Source: Dickeya dadantii NCPPB 898
Lineage (GTDB): Bacteria > Pseudomonadota > Gammaproteobacteria > Enterobacterales > Enterobacteriaceae
Assembly (NCBI RefSeq): GCF_000406145.1
Contig: NZ_CM001976.1
Span: forward strand, 2,981,337 to 3,013,336
Direction: 5' to 3'
DNA: 32,000 nucleotides
Below the pieces are notes generated by a model. It worked only from the letters and a program-made list of their open reading frames with translations. It was not told where the DNA came from and made no database searches. Made by a program: the position numbers and the translations under genes. Positions 19,919 to 27,467 of this stretch are shown here, piece after piece. Every line of letters begins with the position of its first letter. Positions within the stretch are counted from its first letter, which is position 1.

Positions 19919-20557
19919 ATGAAAATTGCACTGATTAACGAGAACAGCCAGGCCGCAAAGAACGCGATCATCGCCGCTGCCCTGTCCAAAGCCGTTGAAC
20001 CGCAAGGTCACACCGTATACAACTACGGTCAATATGCTGTTGAAGACGCCGCGCAGCTGACCTACATCCAGAACGGTATTCTGACTGCCATCCTGCTGAA
20101 CTCCGGTGCCGCTGATTTCGTGGTCACGGGTTGCGGTACCGGTCAGGGTGCCATGCTGGCCTGTAACTCTTTCCCGGGTGTGATCTGTGGTCTGGTTGTT
20201 GACCCGTCTGACGCTTACCTGTTCTCCCAGATCAACAACGGTAACGCGGTTTCCCTGCCTTACGCCAAAGGCTTTGGCTGGGGCGCCGAGCTGAATCTGG
20301 AAAACCTGTTCACTCAGCTGTTCAAAGAAGAAGGCGGCCGCGGCTACCCGAGCGATCGCGTAGTCCCGCAGCAGCGTAACAAGAAAATCCTGGATGCTGT
20401 GAAAGAAGTGACCTATCGGGATCTGATCACCATTCTGAAAGGTCTGGATCAGGATCTGGTCAAAGGCGCTATCGCCGGTCCGAAATTCCAGGAATACTTC
20501 TTCGCTAACAGCACCAACGCTGAGCTGACCAGCTACATTAAATCCCTGCTGAACTAA
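19919..20557 (+). CDS. RpiB/LacA/LacB-family sugar-phosphate isomerase with a roughly 70-aa C-terminal extension
   Basis: 212 aa. The core ...[50 protein letters not shown] aligns by eye with the E. coli RpiB segment [54 protein letters not shown] lies upstream of the ATG, codon choice is strongly biased (CTG, GGT, AAC, TTC), and a strong terminator lies downstream. Confidence 0.8.
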   Translation: MKIALINENSQAAKNAIIAAALSKAVEPQGHTVYNYGQYAVEDAAQLTYIQNGILTAILLNSGAADFVVTGCGTGQGAMLACNSFPGVICGLVVDPSDAYLFSQINNGNAVSLPYAKGFGWGAELNLENLFTQLFKEEGGRGYPSDRVVPQQRNKKILDAVKEVTYRDLITILKGLDQDLVKGAIAGPKFQEYFFANSTNAELTSYIKSLLN

Positions 20558-20581
20558 TTCGCCGGGTACTCGTTTATTGCG

Positions 20582-20610
20582 ACCACCGCTCCGGCGGTGG
20601 TTTTTTTTTT
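20582..20610 (+). terminator. Intrinsic terminator
   Basis: ACCACCGC (20582-20589) pairs with GCGGTGGT (20594-20601) around a 4-nt loop, followed by a T9-10 run. Confidence 0.9.
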
Positions 20611-20683
20611 GCCGGTGATTCTGCCGACTTTCGACTGGGTCGAACAACAGTTAGCCAGACGTTTCAAAAGCCTGAAATACTGC

Positions 20684-20712
20684 TTGACCATAACTGGGCG
20701 ACTCCCTATAGT
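20684..20712 (+). promoter_or_regulatory. tRNA promoter TTGACC-N17-TATAGT with a GC-rich discriminator
   Basis: TTGACC (20684-20689), a 17-nt spacer, TATAGT (20707-20712), then AGCGCCCC. This is the typical stringent-type stable-RNA promoter layout. Confidence 0.7.
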
Positions 20713-20743
20713 AGCGCCCCGTTGCCCCTTACGGCGACGATCC

Positions 20744-20833
20744 GGTGAGGTGTCCGAGTGGCTGAAGGAGCACGCCTGGAAAGTGTGTATACGTGAAAAC
20801 GTATCGAGGGTTCGAATCCCTCCCTCACCGCCA
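20744..20833 (+). tRNA. tRNA-Ser (anticodon GGA), class II with a long variable arm, CCA encoded
   Basis: GGTGAGGTGTCCGAGTGGCTGAAGGAGCACGCCTGGAAAGTGTGTATACGTGAAAACGTATCGAGGGTTCGAATCCCTCCCTCACCGCCA. The acceptor arms GGTGAGG/CCTCACC pair, the anticodon stem is CACGC/GTGTG with loop CTGGAAA, and the T-arm is GAGGG-TTCGAAT-CCCTC. It is nearly identical to E. coli serW/serX as remembered. Confidence 0.97.
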
Positions 20834-20843
20834 GATTAAAAAC

Positions 20844-20880
20844 AAAAACCCCACGACGCAAGTCTGGGGTTTTTGTTTTT
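20844..20880 (+). terminator. Intrinsic terminator after tRNA-Ser
   Basis: AAAAACCCCA...TGGGGTTTTT has an inner GAC-GCAA-GTC hairpin, followed by TTTTTGTTTTT. Confidence 0.85.
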
Positions 20881-21274
20881 AAACCGATGACGGGACGGAC
20901 GAGAGCCATTAAGAGGTCGGTAAGACCCGACAATATTGTGGCAGTTGATGTTCACGAAAAAGATGAACCATCCGTTAAAAATAGGAAATATTCGCATTCC
21001 TTTATATAACGAACTGCCAATCCGCTCTCTTTGACACTACCCTCCTTAGGATACAACGGCTATATTAGCCAGATACTAAACAACTCTTTGATATAAAAAT
21101 AAAACAATCGAACCCCCCTATTAATCACCCAGCTTATATTTGCTTGCGAGACGTAAATAAAAATCGCTTTTTTATTGCCATTAATGTTCACTTAATCTAA
21201 ATAAAATAAATTCATCGTTGTAAGATAATTATACTTTTTTATCTCCATCCTCATTTCTGGCGGAGCATTCCAAC

Positions 21275-22879
21275 ATGACCATTGTGAAAAAATTAGCTAT
21301 CGCAATCAGTATTTTTTCGCTGGCGCTGATTAGCGTAGGCGGTTTTGGTCTTCATTCACTTAGCCAGTCAAAAGATCGTCTGGAATATGTGATGACTAAC
21401 ACATTACCCAGCCTTGATAATCTGGTGAAATCGAATAACGCATTAAACGATGCACGTAGCGATCTGGCGCTTATTTTTCTCACCCGGGAAGATCAGCAAC
21501 GTAATACCTTAAAACGCGCGCTTGATGATTCTCTGAGCAGCGTTGAAAAACTGAATGCTACATATAAAAAGGATCTGGTTTCTGATAGCAAAGATGCGCA
21601 GATGGCCAGTGATAATCTGCAATATCTGAGCGACTTCCGTGCCGCCAAAGATAAGCTGTTTCAGCAGTCCCAAACCGATACTCAGGCCGCGGAGAAAGCC
21701 TTCGCCTCTCAGGGCTATGTCACGCTGGCTCAGGAGAAACTGGTAAAAGGCTTTCAGGCTCAGTACGACTACAACGTAGATCTGGCTGGTGGACTGCAGG
21801 AACAAAATAACACCAGTTTCAAACAGGCTTTCTTCGGGCTGGTCGGGTTGATTGTGGTCGCCCTGCTCGCCGCCGGTACCTTGTCCACGGTGATTATCAG
21901 CTATGTGCGTGCCAGCCTGAACGCCCTGCGTCAGACGCTGATTTCCGTCAGTGAAAATCTGGATTTGACCCTGCAAGCCGACACCAGAAAGAATGATGAA
22001 ATCGGCCAAACCGCCAGCGCCTTTAACAACCTGATTCAGCGATTCGCCACCGTTCTGACCGACGTGCGTTCCGCCAGCGAAAGCGTTTCAACGGCATCCG
22101 GCGAAATCGCCGCCGCCAATGAAGACCTCTCATCCAGAACGGAAGAGCAAGCCTCTTCGCTGGCGCAGACCGCCGCCAGTATGCATGAAATCTCGTCCAC
22201 CATCGAAAGCAACGTTGACAATACTTCCCAAGCCAATCGGCTGGGTCAGCAAGCAAGCGTCGCGGTCCAGCATGGCGATGAAGCGGTGCAGCGTATGATG
22301 CACGCAATGGACGAGATCGCTAACGGGTCCGCAAAAGTAGCCGATATCACCAACCTGATTGAGGGTATCGCCTTCCAGACCAACATTCTGGCGCTGAATG
22401 CCGCCGTGGAAGCCGCCCGGGCGGGTGAACATGGCCGTGGCTTCGCGGTGGTGGCCGGCGAGGTCCGCACGCTGTCCCAGCGCTCCTCATCCGCCGCCAA
22501 AGAGATCAAGACCCTAATCGACAGTGCGATTGCCGCCGTAAAACATGGCGCGCTACAGGCTGATGAAGTCCGCGATGCCATCAGCAACGTGAAAGGCGTG
22601 ATTCAGAACGTATCCAGCCTGGTCAACGAAGTGTCGCTGGCATCGGAAGAACAAAGCCGCGGCATATCCCAGATTAACACCGCCATCAACCAGATGGAGG
22701 CTGTCACACAGCAGAATGCCGCGATGGTGGAACAAGCCTCCTCGGCGGCCGATTCGCTTAACGAGCAGGCCACCAAATTGCGCCAGTCGGTGGAAACCTT
22801 CAAACTAAACGGGAACGCGCATTTTATTGACGCCCATACCATGAACGACATACACCCTTTGCGCCTCGGCAATCACTGA
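21275..22879 (+). CDS. Methyl-accepting chemotaxis protein (no C-terminal pentapeptide)
   Basis: 534 aa. It has TM1 ([20 protein letters not shown]), a periplasmic helical domain, TM2, HAMP and the conserved [40 protein letters not shown]. It ends ...HPLRLGNH*. Confidence 0.92.
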   Translation: MTIVKKLAIAISIFSLALISVGGFGLHSLSQSKDRLEYVMTNTLPSLDNLVKSNNALNDARSDLALIFLTREDQQRNTLKRALDDSLSSVEKLNATYKKDLVSDSKDAQMASDNLQYLSDFRAAKDKLFQQSQTDTQAAEKAFASQGYVTLAQEKLVKGFQAQYDYNVDLAGGLQEQNNTSFKQAFFGLVGLIVVALLAAGTLSTVIISYVRASLNALRQTLISVSENLDLTLQADTRKNDEIGQTASAFNNLIQRFATVLTDVRSASESVSTASGEIAAANEDLSSRTEEQASSLAQTAASMHEISSTIESNVDNTSQANRLGQQASVAVQHGDEAVQRMMHAMDEIANGSAKVADITNLIEGIAFQTNILALNAAVEAARAGEHGRGFAVVAGEVRTLSQRSSSAAKEIKTLIDSAIAAVKHGALQADEVRDAISNVKGVIQNVSSLVNEVSLASEEQSRGISQINTAINQMEAVTQQNAAMVEQASSAADSLNEQATKLRQSVETFKLNGNAHFIDAHTMNDIHPLRLGNH

Positions 22880-22900
22880 TTGACCGGAGGTTACGGTGAA

Positions 22901-22931
22901 AAAAAGGGCTGCTCGCGCAGCCCTTTCGCTT
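22901..22931. terminator. Bidirectional terminator between the convergent MCP and phoH
   Basis: AAAGGGCTGC-TCGC-GCAGCCCTTT (stem 22907-22913 / 22918-22924) is flanked by A7 upstream and TTTCGCTTTT downstream. Confidence 0.85.
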
Positions 22932-22947
22932 TTACGTCAACCAGGAA

Positions 22948-23736
22948 TCAGGAATACGCCACCAGCGTACGTTGACACAGCTCTGAGCGAACACAGTCCT
23001 CCTTGCCAAAGGTGACAATGCCCACCATGCCATCTTCCGTAAATCGCTCCAGCGCGTCGCGCAGACCCGATTTCACGCCGGCTGGCAAGTCACACTGCGT
23101 AATATCGCCATTGACGATCACCGTAACATTCTCGCCCAGACGCGTCAGGAACATCTTCATCTGATTGACGGTAACGTTCTGCGCTTCGTCCAGAATCACC
23201 ACCGCGTTTTCGAACGTCCGCCCGCGCATATAGGCGAATGGAGAGATCTCTACCTTGGCGATTTCCGGCCGCAGGCAGTATTGCAGGAAGGAAGAGCCGA
23301 GCCGACGCTGCAACACGTCATACACCGGCCGAAAATAAGGTGCGAATTTCTCCGCGATGTCGCCCGGCAGGAAGCCGAGATCTTCCTCCGCCTGCAATAC
23401 CGGCCGCGTAACGATAATACGTTCAACCTCTTTATGAAGCAGTGCTTCAGCCGCTTTGGCCGCACTGAGAAACGTTTTGCCACAACCCGCCTCACCGGTG
23501 GCAAAGATTAACTGTTTATTTTCTATTGCAGACAAGTAGTGTTCCTGAGCTGGGGTTCGGGCCTCAATCATTGAGGTGTCACGGCTTTCACGCGCCATAC
23601 CGATAGCTTCAATTCCTCCCAACTGAACCAGAGAAGTGACCGAATCTTCTTCACGCTGACGATGACTGCGCGATTCGCGTCTGATAACACGTTTGGCTTC
23701 ACGACGCGCTTTGATCACTGCTTTTTGTCTTCCCAT
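22948..23736 (-). CDS. phoH: Phosphate-starvation-inducible ATPase PhoH
   Basis: 262 aa. MGRQKAVIKARREAKRV.RR.SRSH.QREE.SVTSLVQ.GG.EAIGMAR.SRDTS...FATGEAGCGKT (Walker A)...VILDEAQN...NGDITQCDLP is nearly colinear with remembered E. coli PhoH. AAGGTG lies 6 nt upstream of the ATG, and an in-frame TAA lies 4 codons upstream. Confidence 0.93.
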   Translation of the reverse strand: MGRQKAVIKARREAKRVIRRESRSHRQREEDSVTSLVQLGGIEAIGMARESRDTSMIEARTPAQEHYLSAIENKQLIFATGEAGCGKTFLSAAKAAEALLHKEVERIIVTRPVLQAEEDLGFLPGDIAEKFAPYFRPVYDVLQRRLGSSFLQYCLRPEIAKVEISPFAYMRGRTFENAVVILDEAQNVTVNQMKMFLTRLGENVTVIVNGDITQCDLPAGVKSGLRDALERFTEDGMVGIVTFGKEDCVRSELCQRTLVAYS

Positions 23737-23842
23737 AGTGGCACCTTACAGTTTGTTTCACTGACCGTACGACCCTGGGTCGACGGTGTTTTGTTCACAA
23801 ATGAGGTTGGCTTCCTTATTAAGCCGTAACACAAGTGGAATG

Positions 23843-23865
23843 AAAAAAGCCGACGCGAAGTTGGC
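23843..23865 (-). terminator. Terminator-like hairpin plus U6 about 110 nt upstream of the phoH start codon
   Basis: The - strand RNA reads GCCAAC-UUCGC-GUCGGC-UUUUUU, with 5 of 6 stem pairs and one A.C mismatch. The same stem is fully paired (with a G.U) on the + strand, but there the A-run precedes it. Confidence 0.35.
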
Positions 23866-23959
23866 GCTGTCGCCTTTACTGGCATGACGGCGCATTCGGC
23901 ATCGGCTTTGAGGCATGGAGCGGGAATCACTCCGAGGACCATATCGCAACAAACAGGGG

Positions 23960-24075
23960 ACAGTGAGAAAATGAAGCGGGAGGGAGAGCCTCCGCATCGA
24001 TGAGGCGGTAAATACGGGCGAATTTGCTGACTATTCCGTCCAGGGAAGGACTCTACCATTCGCGCTCCTCACTGT
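23960..24075. other. Nested inverted-repeat element (candidate structured RNA, three-way-junction-like); strand unresolved
   Basis: The outer 8/8 pair ACAGTGAG (23960-23967) / CTCACTGT (24068-24075) encloses three inner pairs. These are GCGGGAGG (23976-23983) / CCTCCGC (23989-23995, one bulge), GCGAAT (24018-24023) / ATTCGC (24058-24063), and GTCC (24038-24041) / GGAC (24048-24051). Confidence 0.35.
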
Positions 24076-24135
24076 GACAATAACTATTCGGGTGAATAAT
24101 GATTGACCGTATCAGGCACCCGACATCTGAGGATG

Positions 24136-24169
24136 AAATTACCGCCCACAGATGTCATTAAGATGACAG
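24136..24169 (-). promoter_or_regulatory. Pho-box-like promoter candidate (PhoB-type), reading toward phoH
   Basis: The - strand reads CTGTCAT-CTTA-ATGACAT (24169-24152), then 10 bp, then TAATTT (24141-24136). The first 7-mer is a perfect Pho half-site, the second matches 5/7, and the 10-bp distance to the -10 fits Pho-regulon promoters. The same DNA is also the inverted repeat TGTCAT-TAAG-ATGACA. Confidence 0.4.
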
Positions 24170-24267
24170 TGCTATATTTTGCCCCGGCATGGCAAGTATT
24201 TTCACATCACCATAACATAAAACTATGAGCTGGATTTCCTCCGCCGGTCAGCGGAGGAGCGCGAAGG

Positions 24268-24780
24268 TTAGTAATGCTTCTGCCAGTGCAGATATTGATC
24301 GTACTTCCGCAGAGCGCTGCGGTATGTATTCTGCTCTATATCAGGCAAATAATCGCAAATACGCTGCTGAATATTGCCATCCGAGGAGAAGCTTTCCTGC
24401 GGGTAATTCTTCGACAACAGCAATTCATCCAGGCGTCGCAAGCGGATGACATATTCCCGCATCGTGCTATGGCGCACCTCAGTCTGCTCGATCAGATAGT
24501 GCGTGAACGCTTTGATATCGAAATAATTGGCGTGTGTATTGCAGGACACTTCACTGCAAAAACGACATAAGGGGATGAGTTCTTCCTGCACAGATTCCCA
24601 GATAGTGTTGTCAATCAGCCGGTCCATCATGGCTATCGACTTTTTATTGATGAGCTGATCGCGAAATACCAGCGAAACACGATCCAGTTCCTTGGCACAA
24701 TTGGCGCAGTGTGTTTGCCTGTGTTTGAAGTCTTTCAAATAACGGCTCAGAAGCTGCTTCTTCCTGGTTGCTTGAGGCAT
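24268..24780 (-). CDS. fliZ: Flagellar/RpoS-antagonist regulator FliZ
   Basis: 170 aa. LLSRYLKDFKHRQTHCANCAKELDRVSLV...ALCRFC...FDI..F..YL.EQTE....T.REYV.RLRRL...NYR.ALRKY parallels remembered E. coli FliZ. It lies immediately downstream of fliA. Confidence 0.9.
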   Translation of the reverse strand: MPQATRKKQLLSRYLKDFKHRQTHCANCAKELDRVSLVFRDQLINKKSIAMMDRLIDNTIWESVQEELIPLCRFCSEVSCNTHANYFDIKAFTHYLIEQTEVRHSTMREYVIRLRRLDELLLSKNYPQESFSSDGNIQQRICDYLPDIEQNTYRSALRKYDQYLHWQKHY

Positions 24781-24834
24781 GAGTCCATTCCTGACAGTAG
24801 TGTGGGTACAACTACATATCTGCGTGCTCCAAAA

Positions 24835-25557
24835 TTAAACGTCACTCATTAATTTCGCACGCAGACGCTTTATCGCCTGGCTATGCAACTGACTAACGCG
24901 AGACTCTCCGACCTCCAGAACCGCCCCAATCTCCTTTAGGTTCAGTTCTTCCTGATAATAGAGGGTCAACACCATTTTCTCTCGCTCTGGTAGGCTTTCA
25001 ATCGCGTCCATCACTCGCTGGCGTAAATTCACGTCCATCAGTTGATTTAACGGATTGGCTTCCTCATTTCCTTCCAGTAACGCCTCAGCGCTATCCCCAT
25101 GCTCTTCCCGCCATTCATCGTAAGAAAACAACTGGCTATTGTTGGTATCCAGAAGAATCTGGCGATACTCCTCCAGCGAGATATTCAGGGTTTGGGCCAC
25201 TTCCTGTTCGGTAGGTGCCCGGCCGAGTGACTGTTCAGCCTGCTGCATTGCCTGCGCGACTTCCCGGGCGTTACGCCTGACACTGCGTGGCGCCCAGTCC
25301 CGGCTGCGCAGCTCATCCAGCATCGCGCCACGAATACGTTGCACGGCATAGGTGGTGAATGCCGTGCCCTGCAACGAATCATAACGTTCTACGGCACTGA
25401 GCAGCCCGATCCCCCCTGCTTGCAGGAGATCATCGAGCTCGACGCTTGCCGGGAGACGAACCTGTAAGCGTAAGGCTTCATGGCGCACCAGGGGAACATA
25501 GCGCTTCCATAATGAATTTTTATCCATTGTGCCTTCAGCGGTATACAGTTCGCTCAC
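24835..25557 (-). CDS. fliA: Flagellar sigma factor FliA (sigma-28), GTG start
   Basis: 240 aa. ..LYTAEG.MDK.SLW.RYVPLVRHEALRLQVRLPASVELDDLLQAGGIGLL.AVERYD.LQGTAFTTYAVQRIRGAMLDELRSRDW.PRSVRRNAREVAQA...LTLYYQEELNLKEIGAVLEVGESRVSQLHSQAIKRLR.KL is near-identical to E. coli FliA. Confidence 0.97.
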   Translation of the reverse strand: MSELYTAEGTMDKNSLWKRYVPLVRHEALRLQVRLPASVELDDLLQAGGIGLLSAVERYDSLQGTAFTTYAVQRIRGAMLDELRSRDWAPRSVRRNAREVAQAMQQAEQSLGRAPTEQEVAQTLNISLEEYRQILLDTNNSQLFSYDEWREEHGDSAEALLEGNEEANPLNQLMDVNLRQRVMDAIESLPEREKMVLTLYYQEELNLKEIGAVLEVGESRVSQLHSQAIKRLRAKLMSDV

Positions 25558-25888
25558 AGTGATAAATACCTATAAAATTAAGGTGCTCAGTAACATTATG
25601 CGTTTAGCATACTATGGCAATCGGCAGAATAGGTGTAGAAAAAAGGCTTTTTTCAGATATGCAGCCGGATTCCCATTTCTGAATATTGTAGCCGCTATAG
25701 CGTAAGGTGGGTACCTGCCCCAGTAGAGTAAGCCATTTTTTGTGATGTACAGTTATTGACTGATAATGCAAGAAACTATTAATACAATAATAGTCATTGA
25801 TGGCAGAAGGGAAATCAGGCTACTTGCAAACGCCTACGGTGATAAACCGTCATTACCGGATAATCAACATAATAAAATATGATTGAGA

Positions 25889-25918
25889 AATAAGGCCCCA
25901 TCCCACCGGCGCCTTATT
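25889..25918 (-). terminator. Terminator-like hairpin ending the sugar-modification operon
   Basis: AATAAGGC (25889-25896) pairs with GCCTTATT (25911-25918) as a perfect 8-bp stem around a 14-nt loop. On the - strand it is followed by UCUCAAUCAUAUUUU, 19 nt after the stop at 25937. Confidence 0.5.
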
Positions 25919-25936
25919 CCTGTTGCTCAGCCAATT

Positions 25937-27364
25937 TTAGCTATTAAGCTTATTACCATATTTTTCAACAAGATAATCTTTATATTCGGAATAGCGGTTT
26001 TGCGCATCCTTGATCGTCGTCACCACCCAGGCGAATGAGCTTTCTCTGTGATTGACGTCACAGACAAAAGACGCATCAATCCGCGCAATATGGGTTGATT
26101 CTCCCACCCTATCCAGAACGGCAGACAATGCAACCTGATCCAAAAACCAGACAGCATTATTCTTCATCAAATTATTCCATATAAACAAAGCAACTTTTTT
26201 GATGAAACGTCTGGATTCCTCGCCGCCGTTAAGGTAGACAAATCCGGCAATGGCTTTTTCCCAGAACGGTGAACTTTCGCTTTTCGTCAAAGCAATATCC
26301 GCTGACGCGACAGTATGCTCGACAAATTGCCAGCCATTTTTCATCAGGCAATCCGCATCGACAATAATCAGCGGCCCTTTAACGGCAGACAACAGATAAT
26401 TAGCCGCCACAAATCGCCTGCAAGCATAGTGCACATTAATGCCGGGCACATCAGCAATCGATTCAACCGTACAGGAAATATTCAGTTCAGGAAACCGCAT
26501 CCGTTTCGCTTTAATATCATCAGCCGTCACCTCGTCAATATTATAGACGTGAAGGTGTACATTGAATTTTTCACGGTTGGTTTCATAGAGTGAATAAATC
26601 AGATGTACGGCATGCTGATGATAATACTTCACATCACACGCGATAAGTATGGTGGGTTTGTCATTATCATGATCTCTTTTATGTAACCATTGATAATGCT
26701 CATAACTGATATTCTCTTTTTTCGATACCAGTGAACTGAAATCAATATATGAGTCAGGATAACCACCGCTCTTGAATATGGTCGAGACGATCATCAGCAA
26801 AGTCAGCGGGTCTTCACCAATAAGATAGGAGTTGGCGGTCATTCTTTTGACGAGCAACAACGCATACTCATAATCGTCTTCCAGAATACAGGTGAGCAGC
26901 AGAATCTTAAAGATAACAGGGACATCCTGCAGAGCATCCAGGTTGTTCTCGATCAGAGCGACAGCATGTTCTATCGCGCCAATCCGGAACAACAGCTGGA
27001 TAGAGGCAACCAGATATTCAAGATTCGGCGCCAGCTCTAATACATCGCTAAGATAACTGACAACACTGTCAATATATTCGGCCGGCATATGTACCTGCTG
27101 ACCGTTCCATTTTTCATCCAGCGCCAGATTAGACAAGGCAATCGCATTCAGCAGCAATTTCAGTGCGCGATCCTGCGCCTCCGGCAAATTGCTCTGACTG
27201 GCGGCCAGTTTTTTGTTCAGGGTATAAATATCGCAGCTTCTATTGACAATCACATCAACGATAATTTCTTTCGGCAGGTCGCCAATATCGCCAATCATCA
27301 ACTCCCGGCTGAACACATCCCGATAATATTGATGTGTCGATTTTACATGCGTGTAGTCCGCCAT
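25937..27364 (-). CDS. Two-domain glycosyltransferase: N-terminal helical-repeat domain plus C-terminal GT-A (GT8-like, DxD) nucleotide-diphospho-sugar transferase
   Basis: ATG at 27364 follows GAAGG by 6 nt; the ORF-track start at 27370 is a TTG 2 codons upstream. The C-terminal half reads ILIACDVKYYHQHAVHLIYSLYE...FNVHLHVYNID...YACRRFVAANYLL...PLIIVDADCLM (DxD), resembling LgtC/GT8-type enzymes by eye. The N-terminal ~235 aa are amphipathic helices (ALKLLLNAIALSNLAL, YLVASIQLLFRIGAIEHAVALIENNL). The gene is visibly more AT-rich than its neighbours. Confidence 0.7.
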   Translation of the reverse strand: MADYTHVKSTHQYYRDVFSRELMIGDIGDLPKEIIVDVIVNRSCDIYTLNKKLAASQSNLPEAQDRALKLLLNAIALSNLALDEKWNGQQVHMPAEYIDSVVSYLSDVLELAPNLEYLVASIQLLFRIGAIEHAVALIENNLDALQDVPVIFKILLLTCILEDDYEYALLLVKRMTANSYLIGEDPLTLLMIVSTIFKSGGYPDSYIDFSSLVSKKENISYEHYQWLHKRDHDNDKPTILIACDVKYYHQHAVHLIYSLYETNREKFNVHLHVYNIDEVTADDIKAKRMRFPELNISCTVESIADVPGINVHYACRRFVAANYLLSAVKGPLIIVDADCLMKNGWQFVEHTVASADIALTKSESSPFWEKAIAGFVYLNGGEESRRFIKKVALFIWNNLMKNNAVWFLDQVALSAVLDRVGESTHIARIDASFVCDVNHRESSFAWVVTTIKDAQNRYSEYKDYLVEKYGNKLNS

Positions 27365-27410
27365 AAGCAACCTTCAATTCATTGTATTTACTGTTACGGC
27401 AACATGATCA

Positions 27411-27460
27411 GGCATATTACATCATGCCTTTCCGGGTGATCGGCACAACCACCCGGAAAG
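27411..27460. repeat. Two adjacent intergenic hairpins (5-bp and perfect 11-bp stems) between the methyltransferase and transferase genes
   Basis: GGCAT (27411-27415) pairs with ATGCC (27424-27428). CTTTCCGGGTG (27428-27438) pairs with CACCCGGAAAG (27450-27460) around an 11-nt loop. No U-tract follows on the - strand. Confidence 0.7.
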
Positions 27461-27467
27461 TGACTTA

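Noticed and set aside
19880-20647. 255-aa - strand ORF longer than the overlapping 212-aa + strand gene
   Set aside because: The + strand gene has the RpiB-family core, an SD, a promoter, a strong terminator and highly biased codon usage. The - strand ORF crosses that terminator and has low-complexity, nonsense-like sequence.
21108-21120. Possible remnant att repeat of the tRNA-Ser 3' end
   Set aside because: The similarity needs gaps, the site is only about 270 bp from the tRNA, and no integrase or island lies between them.
21202-21228. Sigma-28-like promoter TAAA-N15-TAAGATAA upstream of the second MCP
   Set aside because: Only 5/8 of the -10 element matches (GATAA), and the surrounding DNA is so AT-rich that such a match is expected by chance. 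It is worth testing but is not supportable as a feature.
21784-21791. Chi site GCTGGTGG inside the second MCP gene
   Set aside because: A single occurrence is expected by chance in 32 kb of enterobacterial DNA.
23715-24059. 114-aa and 79-aa - strand ORFs in the fliZ-phoH spacer
   Set aside because: Their composition is Cys/Pro/Arg/Ser-rich and nonsense-like, one overlaps the phoH start, and neither has an RBS. The inverted-repeat architecture explains the region better.
23960-24075. Possibility that the nested palindrome is an ERIC/IRU repeat
   Set aside because: The arms (ACAGTGAG...) lack the ERIC core as I remember it (GTGACTGGGGTGAGCG). A dispersed-repeat origin is not excluded, so a copy-number search is listed as the test.
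25618-25625. GCCGATTG (- strand) about 60 nt upstream of fliA as an autoregulatory sigma-28 -10 element
   Set aside because: The -10 match is 6/8, but the corresponding -35 position reads TTTTTTCT (3/8 to TAAAGTTT). The nearby perfect palindrome CGCTATAGCG (25693-25702) is reminiscent of an FlhDC half-site, but I cannot assemble a full box.
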